Positions 51,142 to 59,590 of a stretch of DNA of 64,000 nucleotides are shown here, piece after piece. This DNA comes from Rhodocyclales bacterium. GTDB lineage: Bacteria; Pseudomonadota; Gammaproteobacteria; Burkholderiales; Rhodocyclaceae. The stretch covers positions 4,533 through 68,532 of the forward strand of contig JBBIUI010000003.1 in NCBI GenBank assembly GCA_037440385.1. The letters run 5' to 3'. Within the stretch, counting starts at the first letter, position 1. Each line of letters opens with the position of its first letter. The notes below the pieces were generated by a model. It had not been told where the DNA came from, searched no databases, and saw nothing but the letters and a program-made list of their open reading frames with translations. Both the position numbers and the translations under genes were made by a program.

Positions 51142-52434
51142 GTGACGGATCGCGAATCGAGCTTCTTCCACCGCCTGCGAACCGCGGGAATCACCTCGCG
51201 CGACAGCGAGGAGCAGCGTTTGAACAAGACGCTGCTGGTGTTCGCGACCGGGCTCGTCACGCTCACCTCCACGCTGTGGCTCGCGATCTACTGGAGCCTG
51301 GGCCTGCGCCTTTCCGCGACGCTTCCGCTCGCCTTCGAAGCGCTGCTCACCGCCAACCTGCTCGCCTACGTGCGGACGGGAAACTTTTCGTTCTTCCGCA
51401 GCTCCCAGCTCGCGCTGTTCCTGTTCTTTCCGTTCGTCGTGCAGTGGAGCCTGGGCGACGCGCTGGCCGCGAGCGGTGTCGTCCTGTGGGGCCTGCTCGC
51501 GCCGGTGGGCGCCATCCTGTTCCTGGGCGCGCGCGAGTCGGCACCGTGGTTTGCCGCCTATGTCTTCCTGATCGTGCTGAGCGGCGCGTTCGACTATTTG
51601 CTCGCGGACTCCGCGCTGCGCGCACGCGTCGCCGTTCCGCTGCGCACCAGCATGGTGTTCTTCGCGCTGAACTTCGTTGCGGTGTCGAGCATCGTCTATG
51701 CGCTGCTGCGCCTGGCCGCCGTCGAGAAGGACAAGGCCAGGGCGAGGCTCGTCGAGGCGCACGTGCGGCTGCGCGCCGAGCAGGAACGGGCCGAACACCT
51801 GCTGCTCAACATCCTGCCCGGCCCGGTGGCGGAACGGCTCAAGCGCAACGAACAGGCGATCGCGGACGGTTTCGCGGACGTGACCGTGATGTTCGTCGAT
51901 ATCGTCGACTTCACGCATGTCGCCGAAGGGATGTCGCCGAACGAGGTGTTCTCGATGCTCAACCGCATCTTCTCGTCGTTCGACGATCTCGCCGAGCGCT
52001 TCGGCCTGGAGAAGATCAAGACGATAGGCGACGCCTACATGGTCGCCGGCGGACTGGACCGCCGCAACCCGGATTACTGCGCCTCGATCGCGGAGATGGC
52101 GCTCGCGATGCGCGAGCTGCTGCGGCGCGATCGCGCGGTGAATTCCGCGTCTGTGGAAATCCGCATCGGCATCGGCACCGGACCGGTGGTCGCAGGCGTC
52201 GTCGGCAAGAAGAAGTTCATCTACGACCTGTGGGGCGACACGGTCAACATCGCCAGCCGCATCACCTCCGAAGGCGTGCCGGGCATGATCCAGGTCGATA
52301 CCACGACGTACCGGCGGCTGCGCGAGCGCTTCCAGTTCCATGAGCCGCAGACGATCTACCTGAAGGGCAAGGGCGACACGACCGTATATCGGATGATGGG
52401 AAAGAAGCCGATCGCCGGCCGCGCGGCACCCTGA
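51142..52434 (+). CDS. membrane-anchored class III adenylate cyclase
   Basis: About 6 N-terminal TM helices. Catalytic domain VMFVDIVDFT (metal Asp pair), KIKTIGDAYMV, IYDLWGDTVNIASR. The Lys/Asp specificity pair suggests ATP as substrate. GTG start. Confidence 0.85.
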   Translation: MTDRESSFFHRLRTAGITSRDSEEQRLNKTLLVFATGLVTLTSTLWLAIYWSLGLRLSATLPLAFEALLTANLLAYVRTGNFSFFRSSQLALFLFFPFVVQWSLGDALAASGVVLWGLLAPVGAILFLGARESAPWFAAYVFLIVLSGAFDYLLADSALRARVAVPLRTSMVFFALNFVAVSSIVYALLRLAAVEKDKARARLVEAHVRLRAEQERAEHLLLNILPGPVAERLKRNEQAIADGFADVTVMFVDIVDFTHVAEGMSPNEVFSMLNRIFSSFDDLAERFGLEKIKTIGDAYMVAGGLDRRNPDYCASIAEMALAMRELLRRDRAVNSASVEIRIGIGTGPVVAGVVGKKKFIYDLWGDTVNIASRITSEGVPGMIQVDTTTYRRLRERFQFHEPQTIYLKGKGDTTVYRMMGKKPIAGRAAP

Positions 52435-52450
52435 GCCGCGCGCGCAGGCT

Positions 52451-54184
52451 TCAGCCCGGAGCGAGCCGGAAACACACCCGGCCGGGAAGGTTTTCGGCGA
52501 GCGTCAGCCGATAGCCCAGCGAGCGGGCGCGCCGCGCCGACTGGTACAGACCGATGCCCAGTCCGGACTCCGAGGCAACGGCGCCCCGGAACAGACTGCG
52601 TGCGAGCGCATCGGGCAGCGGGTCGCCGGTATCGGCGACCGAGAGCGAGATGCCCGCGGCCTGTTCGAGCGTGACGCGGATCGCCATCGCCGCACCGCCG
52701 TGGCGCTTGGCCAGCGCATTGCGGATCAGGTTGTCGGCCACGCCCGAGAAAAGATCGCCCGGAATGCGCGCGCGAGGAAGCGGTCGCACCGCGGCGAACT
52801 CGATCCCCTCCCCGGCCCAGCGGCTCTCGAGCCCCGCCCACCATTCGGCGAGATCCTGCGGCTCGGTCTCATCCGGTTCGGGGCGCCGGAGCTTCGCGAG
52901 CGTGTCCGCGAGACGCCGCGTGATCACCGGCAACTGGCGAGCGAGCAGCTCGCGAAACGCCGGTGACGCCGCTTCACCTTCGCGCGCGGCGGCGAAGCAC
53001 AGCGCATGCAGCGATTGCAACAGGTTCTTGACGTCGTGGGTGAGCCGCGCTCCGGTCTCGTGCACGGCACGCAGGTAGCCCATCTGTTCCAGCTCGCGGC
53101 TGCGCAGCTTGGCGGCGTGGAACTCGGCGAGGATCTGGACCATCAGGTCGACATGCCAGGAGAATGCGGGGCCGAGCGCGCGCCGGCTCGCGAGCTCGAT
53201 GGCGATTGCCCCGTGGCGGAACTCCTGGCGGATGCCCGACGGCGTGCCGAACTCGCCGCTGCCCTCCGAGGCCGACCAGCGTCCTCCCGATACTCCCGGC
53301 AGCGATGCGAACTGCGCCAGCGCCGCGGCGACGAAAGCCTGCGGATCGGATTGCGCGCGCGCCAGCGCGGTCAGGCGTGCGAGCCAGTCCTCGAACGGAA
53401 CGCCCGCGCTCAATACGTGGCGCGAGAACAGCAGTCCCAGCCCGGTGAAGTTCAGGCGCGGATTCCATGCCCAGCCCAGCACGAGCAGCCCCGCCGAAAC
53501 CGCCGCGAGCGTCAGTACCAGCGACTCGAAGTAGCCGCGCTGCGCGAGCAGCATCAGTGCGATCGAGCCGAGCACCAGCACCGCGAGCAGCAGCACGACG
53601 AAGGAGGAATAGATCAGGTCGATGACTTCGGTGCGCTGCGCCGGTTCGTCTCGCCGCGGCAGCAGCAGCATCGCCGCGAGCAGTGCGGGCAGCGCGACTC
53701 GCGCGACCGGCCGCAGCACATCGGGCAGCGCGACCGGCTGCGGCAGGATCTCCGGGGTCACCAGCACCAGCAGAACGGTGACGAGATCGCCGAGCGCGAG
53801 CAGGTAGAACAGCCTCGTCGTGCCCGCCTCGGAGAAGAACACCCTGCCGCCGAGGATGCCGGCGAGCAGCATGATCCAGCCCATCAGCAGCGGCGGGTTC
53901 GCCCACACCGCCAGCGCAGCCGCGCCGCACAGGACCGCCACCAGCTCCAGCGCACCCAGCCGCGTGTCGACGCGGATCAGCGGCTGCCACAGCAGGAACA
54001 GCCCGACGTGGCCCAGCAGCAGCATGCGCCCGACGGCGCTGCCCGTTCCCTGCACGACGGCGGCATGCAGCATCGCCAGCATCGCCAGCAGCAGCGCGCG
54101 TCGCACCGCCGGCGCCGTGATGCGCAGCCGATGGCCCGCCTGCGCGATTCGCGCTTCCGGCAACTTCGCGGACGAGCCGTTCAT
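52451..54184 (-). CDS. polytopic sensor histidine kinase (PrsK/PilS-like)
   Basis: About 250-aa multi-TM N-terminus. H-box RLTHDVKNLLQSL, N-box DNLIRNALAKR, G-boxes DTGDPLP / GLGIGLY. Start uncertain (ATG 54184 or TTG 54220). Confidence 0.8.
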   Translation of the reverse strand: MNGSSAKLPEARIAQAGHRLRITAPAVRRALLLAMLAMLHAAVVQGTGSAVGRMLLLGHVGLFLLWQPLIRVDTRLGALELVAVLCGAAALAVWANPPLLMGWIMLLAGILGGRVFFSEAGTTRLFYLLALGDLVTVLLVLVTPEILPQPVALPDVLRPVARVALPALLAAMLLLPRRDEPAQRTEVIDLIYSSFVVLLLAVLVLGSIALMLLAQRGYFESLVLTLAAVSAGLLVLGWAWNPRLNFTGLGLLFSRHVLSAGVPFEDWLARLTALARAQSDPQAFVAAALAQFASLPGVSGGRWSASEGSGEFGTPSGIRQEFRHGAIAIELASRRALGPAFSWHVDLMVQILAEFHAAKLRSRELEQMGYLRAVHETGARLTHDVKNLLQSLHALCFAAAREGEAASPAFRELLARQLPVITRRLADTLAKLRRPEPDETEPQDLAEWWAGLESRWAGEGIEFAAVRPLPRARIPGDLFSGVADNLIRNALAKRHGGAAMAIRVTLEQAAGISLSVADTGDPLPDALARSLFRGAVASESGLGIGLYQSARRARSLGYRLTLAENLPGRVCFRLAPG

Positions 54185-54406
54185 CGGCAGCCAAGCGCTC
54201 GATGCGCGAAGCGACGCCAAGCCTCGTGCTCGACGCGGGGTTTCGCCTCAGACCGATCTTGCATTCCTGTGCGCCCTTCGCGTTGCCCGCGGGGGATGTT
54301 CCGGAATCCGGGCGATTGTAGCCGCGGGTCGCCCCGCATGCGACCGTGTCGACGTTCTTGACGGCTCGCGCAAGCCGAACGGATCGAACGAAAGCGAATC
54401 AACATC

Positions 54407-54424
54407 TTGGGTTTGCTGTATGCT
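54407..54424 (+). promoter_or_regulatory. candidate sigma-54 -24/-12 element (tTGGGTTTGCTGTATGCT) upstream of the PEP-CTERM gene
   Basis: GG-N10-GC register is correct and the -12 reads ATGCT. About 75 nt upstream of the ATG at 54497. Only a moderate match. Confidence 0.3.
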
Positions 54425-54496
54425 TTTTGCTTCGAATCGTTGTCGGACTGCGACCGGACCGCGGCGAACTCCGGCGACCGGTCAGGAGGAAACGAC

Positions 54497-55156
54497 ATGA
54501 AGGGTCTGATCCGAGCAGCGGCACTGGCCGTCGGGCTGGTGGCCCATCCCGCGCTGGCCGTTCCGCCAGCCACGTCCGGCTACACCGACGAGACCGCGTG
54601 GCGAAACGACAACGCCGGATTCGTGCTGGAGACGTTCGAGTCGCTTTCCGCGGGTCAGACGCTCTCGGCGCTGGCAGGCCTGCACATCGAATTCGGCGCG
54701 CCGCTGCCGGTGGTACGCGATAAAACGGCGTTCGGGGGACTGAGCCAATCGGGGTCGAACACGCTCGGAAACGCGAGCCCCTCGTCGATCACCCTTTTCG
54801 CCGAAGCAGGCAGGCTGATCACCGGACTGGGTTACTGGAACACCGGCTTCGACGATCGTACGACGCTGAAATTTTTCTTCGACGGCAGCTTCGAGAGCCT
54901 CGATTCGCCGGCGGTGGGCGCGGGCACGGCAGGCCAGAACCTGTCCTTCGTCGGCCTGAAGGTGGGCCAGGGCGGCGTGCAGCAGGTGGAGATCGCATGG
55001 TTCACGGGTGTCGGAAACGGCGACTTCACGATCGACGACCTGCAGGTCGCCACGACGCCGATACCGGAACCGGGCACCTGGGCGATGCTGCTCGCGGGGC
55101 TCGCGATCTTCGGTCTTTCCGGCCGCAGCCGCGGGCCGGGCCACGCGAAATCCTGA
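54497..55156 (+). CDS. PEP-CTERM sorting-signal protein (secreted, function unknown)
   Basis: AGGAGG Shine-Dalgarno. Signal peptide MKGLIRAAALAVGLVAHPALA. C-terminus PIPEPGTWAMLLAGLAIFGLSGRSR is PEP motif + TM + basic tail. Confidence 0.8.
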   Translation: MKGLIRAAALAVGLVAHPALAVPPATSGYTDETAWRNDNAGFVLETFESLSAGQTLSALAGLHIEFGAPLPVVRDKTAFGGLSQSGSNTLGNASPSSITLFAEAGRLITGLGYWNTGFDDRTTLKFFFDGSFESLDSPAVGAGTAGQNLSFVGLKVGQGGVQQVEIAWFTGVGNGDFTIDDLQVATTPIPEPGTWAMLLAGLAIFGLSGRSRGPGHAKS

Positions 55157-55241
55157 GGACATTTGCCAACTATTGCACACAAACGTCCGAATACCGACAG
55201 TTTTTCATCCGCGAACCGTTGCGTGCGCTCGCGGCCGCGCA

Positions 55242-55257
55242 CGGCATCGTTCTTGCT
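55242..55257 (+). promoter_or_regulatory. sigma-54 (-24/-12) promoter candidate cGGCATcgttcTTGCt for the pilin gene
   Basis: Aligns to TGGCACG-N4-TTGCW in exact register (GG at 55243-44, GC at 55255-56). GGAGG Shine-Dalgarno at 55280-84 and ATG at 55292. Confidence 0.6.
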
Positions 55258-55291
55258 CGCACCGTTGCCATCGTCATTCGGAGGCCGAATC

Positions 55292-55930
55292 ATGATCCGC
55301 CGCCAGTCCGGCTTCACCCTGGTCGAGATCGCCATCGTGCTGGTCATCATCGGCTTGCTGCTCGGGGGCATCCTGAAGGGCCAGGAGCTGATCACACAGG
55401 CGCGCATCAAGAACATCGCCAACGACATCAACGGGGTGTCGACGGCGATCTATGCCTACCAGGACCGTTACCGCGCGATCCCCGGTGACGACAAGACGGC
55501 CTGCTCGCGCTGGGGAGCCGGCACCACGATCGGCGACGGCAACGGACAGGTCAGTCAGGACACGAGCGCGACGGGCGGCGGGAGCTGCGCAAGCCCCTCT
55601 CCGCTTCCCAAGGAAAACACGCTGTTCTGGCAGCACCTGCGGCTGGCGGGATTGATCGCGGGAGACGCGTCCAATGCGGACGAGCCGCTCAACGCATCGG
55701 GAGGCAAGCTGCGGGTGTTCAACGGGCCGTTCGGGCTGAGCGGGCTGTACGTCTGTGCGACCGGCCTGCCGGCGAAAGTCGCATCGGCGCTGGACAGCCA
55801 GTTCGACGACGGGCTGCCCGACAAGGGATCGGTGCGTGGCGACGACAAGGATCCGGCGGTGGCCGCCAGCACGCTGACCGCCTACGCCGACGACCCGACG
55901 AAGACCTACAGCGTGTGCAAGGCGCTGTGA
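55292..55930 (+). CDS. type IV pilin / major pseudopilin-like protein (212 aa)
   Basis: Short leader MIRRQSG / FTLVEIAIVLVIIGLLLGGIL (Gly-1, Phe+1, Glu+5). C-terminal Cys pair (LYVCATG ... YSVCKAL), as in pilin D-regions. Confidence 0.8.
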   Translation: MIRRQSGFTLVEIAIVLVIIGLLLGGILKGQELITQARIKNIANDINGVSTAIYAYQDRYRAIPGDDKTACSRWGAGTTIGDGNGQVSQDTSATGGGSCASPSPLPKENTLFWQHLRLAGLIAGDASNADEPLNASGGKLRVFNGPFGLSGLYVCATGLPAKVASALDSQFDDGLPDKGSVRGDDKDPAVAASTLTAYADDPTKTYSVCKAL

Positions 55931-55948
55931 GCGGTTGCGCGCGCGGCG

Positions 55949-57922
55949 TCATCCGCCGCGCTTGAGCAGTTGCGCCTCGGCGAGCGCGAGGCTTTCCGGC
56001 GCGCCGAGCAGCACGACGACGTCGCCTGCCTGGAAGCGCGTCTCCGGTGCCGGACTCATCGCCCGGATGTTGCGCCGGCGCACGGCGGAAACGCGGGCGC
56101 CGGTGGATTCGAGATCGAGCTCCTCGATGCTGCGCCCGACCGCGTACGCGCCGGCGGTCAGCACCACCGAATGCAATCGCGGCTGCTGCGCTTCCTCGAG
56201 CAGGTCGGCGCTGTCGGTCACGCCCTGGAAGTAGCCTCGCATCAGCTCGTAGCGCTGGCCCCGGATCTCGCGGATGCGCCGGAACACGCGTGCGAACGGC
56301 ACGCCGAGCAGCACCAGCGCATGCGAGGCCAGCATGACGCTGGTCTCGAAGGTCTCGGGCACCACCTCGACCGCGCCACCGCGCGTGAGCCGCTCCATGT
56401 CCTTCTCGTCGGAAGCCCGCACCACCGCGGGCAGGCCGGGTCGCAGTTCCGCCAGCCGGTTCATCACACGCAGCGCCGAGTCGGTGTTCGCGTACGAGAT
56501 CACGACGACCGCGGCGCGCAGCACGCCCGCGGCGATCAGCGTCTCGCGCCGCGCGGCATCTCCGTAGACCACCGTGTCGCCGGCCGCGGCCGCTTCGCGC
56601 ACGCGCTCCGGATCGAGATCGAGTGCCACGTAGGGCACCGACTCCTGTTCGAGGAAGCGGGCCAGATACTGGCCGCTGCGGCCGTAGCCGCAGATCAGCA
56701 CATGGCGATCGATGGCCATCGACTGCGCCGCGACGCGGGTCAGCTCCATCGAGCGCAGCAGCCACTCGGAAGGCGCGAGCCGCAACGCGATCCGGTCGCT
56801 GTAGGTCACGATCAGCGGTGCGGCGAGCAACGACAGCACGAGAGCGGCCACGACGACCTGCAGGGCCGCGCCCGGAAGCACGCCGTCGCGCGCCTGCGCG
56901 AGCAGCACGAAGCCGAACTCGCCTCCCGCCGACAGCCACAAGCCGGTGCGCAGCGCCGTGCCGGGGCTCGCGCCGAACGCGCGCGACAGTCCCGCCGCGA
57001 TCGCGAACTTGCCGGCGAGCAGCAGTGCGAGCACCGTGAGCACGACGGCCCAGTGACGGATCACCACCGCGACATCGAGCAGCGTTCCCACGGTGATGAA
57101 GAACAATCCCATCAACACGTCGCGGAACGGCTTGATGTCCTCCTCCACCTGGTAGCGGTACTCGGTCTCGGAGATCAGCATCCCGGCGAGGAAGGCGCCC
57201 AGCGCCAGCGACAGCCCCGCCCGCTCGGTGATCCAGGCCAGCGCGAGCGTGATCAGCAGCACGTTGAGCATGAACAGCTCGGCGGAACGGCGCCGCGCGA
57301 CCATCGAGAACCAGCTGTGCATCAGCCGCTGGCCGAAGAACAGCACGACCGCGAGCACGACCGCCGCCTTCAGTGCCGCGCTCGCGAGCTTGATCGCCAG
57401 ATCGCCGGCCTCCCCCGCCAGCGCCGGGATCACGATCAGCAGCGGCACCACGACGATGTCCTGCGCGAGCAGCACGCCGATGATCTCCCGCCCGTGCCTG
57501 GATTCGAGCTCGAGCCGCTCGCTCAGCAGCTTGGACAGCAGCGCGGTCGATGACATCGCGATCGCGCCGCCCAGCGACAATCCCGCGGGCCAGGACAGGC
57601 CGAAGAGCATCGCGACCGGCACGACGGCGATCGCCGTCACGAGCACCTGCGCCAGCCCGAGCCCGAGCACGATGCGCTTCATGCTGAACAGCCGCGGCAG
57701 CGAGAACTCGAGTCCGATCGAGAACATCAGGAACACCACACCGAACTCGGCGAGATGGCGCGCGCTGCCGGTCTCGCGAACCAGCCGCAGCGCATTCGGA
57801 CCGATCAGCGCGCCGACCAGCAGATACCCGAGCACCGGCGGCAGGTTGAGCGAGCGGAACGCGACCACCACCATCACGGCAGCCGCGAGCAGCATCAGGA
57901 CCAGCTCGAGGGTGTCGATCAT
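55949..57922 (-). CDS. CPA2-family monovalent cation:proton antiporter with TrkA-N/TrkA-C domains (KefB/YbaL-like)
   Basis: MIDTLELVLMLLAAAVMVVVAFRSLNLPPVLGYLLVGALIGP..., about 12 TM, then a Rossmann-like region (HVLICGYGRSG). Start trimmed from the 767-aa track ORF. Confidence 0.85.
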   Translation of the reverse strand: MIDTLELVLMLLAAAVMVVVAFRSLNLPPVLGYLLVGALIGPNALRLVRETGSARHLAEFGVVFLMFSIGLEFSLPRLFSMKRIVLGLGLAQVLVTAIAVVPVAMLFGLSWPAGLSLGGAIAMSSTALLSKLLSERLELESRHGREIIGVLLAQDIVVVPLLIVIPALAGEAGDLAIKLASAALKAAVVLAVVLFFGQRLMHSWFSMVARRRSAELFMLNVLLITLALAWITERAGLSLALGAFLAGMLISETEYRYQVEEDIKPFRDVLMGLFFITVGTLLDVAVVIRHWAVVLTVLALLLAGKFAIAAGLSRAFGASPGTALRTGLWLSAGGEFGFVLLAQARDGVLPGAALQVVVAALVLSLLAAPLIVTYSDRIALRLAPSEWLLRSMELTRVAAQSMAIDRHVLICGYGRSGQYLARFLEQESVPYVALDLDPERVREAAAAGDTVVYGDAARRETLIAAGVLRAAVVVISYANTDSALRVMNRLAELRPGLPAVVRASDEKDMERLTRGGAVEVVPETFETSVMLASHALVLLGVPFARVFRRIREIRGQRYELMRGYFQGVTDSADLLEEAQQPRLHSVVLTAGAYAVGRSIEELDLESTGARVSAVRRRNIRAMSPAPETRFQAGDVVVLLGAPESLALAEAQLLKRGG

Positions 57923-57999
57923 TTGTCGCGGTCGGCGGTCGGGGACGGGGACGGGGCGGGTGATATACTCCCGCGCCGAATATAAACCCGTTGTCTGGA

Positions 58000-58983
58000 A
58001 TGGACCAAGTGCGCGCCACCGGCAAGGCGCTCGAACTGGCGCGGCGTGTGCTTCGCATCGAGGCGGCGGCGGTCGCTGCGCTGATCGAGCGGCTCGACGG
58101 CGGCTTCCTCGCCGCGGTCGAGCTGATCCTGAACTGCCGCGGGCGCGTGATCGTGAGCGGCATCGGCAAGTCGGGGCATATCGCGCGCAAGATCGCCGCC
58201 ACGCTGGCCAGCACCGGCACCCCGGCCTATTTCGTGCATGCCGCCGAGGCAAGCCATGGCGATCTGGGCATGATCCAGCGCGAGGACGTGCTGATCGTGC
58301 TGTCGAACTCCGGCGAGACGACCGAGCTGCTGACCATCGTGCCGATGGTCAAGCGGCGAGGGGGCAAGCTCGTCGCGCTGACCGGCAATGCCGAATCGAC
58401 GCTCGCGCGGCTGGCGGACATCCATCTCGACGCGCAGGTCGCGGAGGAGGCCTGCCCGCTGAATCTCGCCCCCACGGCGAGCACCACCGCGGCGCTCGCG
58501 CTCGGCGACGCACTCGCCGTCGCGCTGCTCGATGCGCGCGGATTCGGCGCGGAGGATTTCGCACGGTCGCATCCGGGCGGTGCGCTCGGGCGAAGGCTGC
58601 TCACCCGCGTGCGCGACGTCATGCGCCAGGGTGCGGCGGTTCCGGCGGTGCCCGAGTCCGCCACGCTCGCGCAAGCGCTGATCGAGATGACGCGCGCAGG
58701 GCTGGGCATGACCGCGGTGCTCACGCCCGAAGGCCGGCTCGCGGGCATCTACACCGACGGGGATCTGCGCCGAACGCTGGCGACGAGCGGCGACGTGCGC
58801 CGGATCCGCATTGCCGACGTCATGACGCGCCAGCCGCATACGATCGGCCCGCAGCGGCTCGCCGCCGAGGCCGTCGAGAGGATGGACAGCCTGAAGATCA
58901 ATCAGCTGCTGGTCGTCGACGAAGGCGGCGCGCTGGTGGGCGCGCTCAACACCCACGACCTGCTGCAGGCCAAGGTGATCTGA
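58000..58983 (+). CDS. kdsD: arabinose-5-phosphate isomerase (SIS + tandem CBS)
   Basis: GRVIVSGIGKSGHIARKIAATLASTGTPAYFVHAAEASHGDLGM...; CBS pair at the C-terminus. ATG at 58000 (the track uses TTG at 57991). Confidence 0.9.
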   Translation: MDQVRATGKALELARRVLRIEAAAVAALIERLDGGFLAAVELILNCRGRVIVSGIGKSGHIARKIAATLASTGTPAYFVHAAEASHGDLGMIQREDVLIVLSNSGETTELLTIVPMVKRRGGKLVALTGNAESTLARLADIHLDAQVAEEACPLNLAPTASTTAALALGDALAVALLDARGFGAEDFARSHPGGALGRRLLTRVRDVMRQGAAVPAVPESATLAQALIEMTRAGLGMTAVLTPEGRLAGIYTDGDLRRTLATSGDVRRIRIADVMTRQPHTIGPQRLAAEAVERMDSLKINQLLVVDEGGALVGALNTHDLLQAKVI

Positions 58984-59017
58984 TGACATCCGGATCGCCG
59001 GCGCGAGGTGCCCGCAC

Positions 59018-59590
59018 ATGACGTTGCGCACCGACAGCGTGTTTCCGATCGCGGTGCTGGCGCTGCTGGCCGCGCTGACCTTCTGGCTGGAGCGCATCAC
59101 GCGCCCGGACGCGCCGCGCATCGACGGCAGGATGCGGCACGATCCGGATTTCATCGTCGAGCGCTTCGACGCGCGCCAGTTCGGCGAGGACGGCGCACTG
59201 CGCTATGCGCTGGCGGCGCAGAGGATGGTACATTACCCGGACGACGGCACCACGATCGCGACCCGGCCCGAGCTGTCGTATTTCGGCGATCCGGGCGCAC
59301 CGCGGTTGAACGCCGATCGCGCGCGCATCAGTGCGGACGCCAGCGTGATCGTGCTGATCGACAACGTCGAGGCGCGCCGCGAGGCCACCGGGCGAACCCC
59401 CGCGCTGCGCCTGTCGACGAGCGAGCTGACGGTGATGCCCGACGAGGGACTCGCCACGACCGCCGCGCCGGTACGCATCATGCATGGCCTGAGCGTGATC
59501 ACCGGAACGGGCCTCGAACTGCACAACCAGGATGCGACCGCAATGCTGAAATCCGACGTGCGCGCCACGATCCGGCGTCCGGGCAAATGA
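59018..59590 (+). CDS. lptC: LPS export protein LptC
   Basis: 190 aa with an N-terminal TM anchor (VFPIAVLALLAALTFWL). Position directly upstream of lptA with an ATGA overlap. Confidence 0.8.
   Translation: MTLRTDSVFPIAVLALLAALTFWLERITRPDAPRIDGRMRHDPDFIVERFDARQFGEDGALRYALAAQRMVHYPDDGTTIATRPELSYFGDPGAPRLNADRARISADASVIVLIDNVEARREATGRTPALRLSTSELTVMPDEGLATTAAPVRIMHGLSVITGTGLELHNQDATAMLKSDVRATIRRPGK

Noticed and set aside
55719-58220. 833-aa minus-strand ORF overlapping the antiporter gene in another frame
   Set aside because: It is an out-of-frame shadow. The 55949-57922 frame gives a coherent 12-TM plus TrkA-N/C protein.
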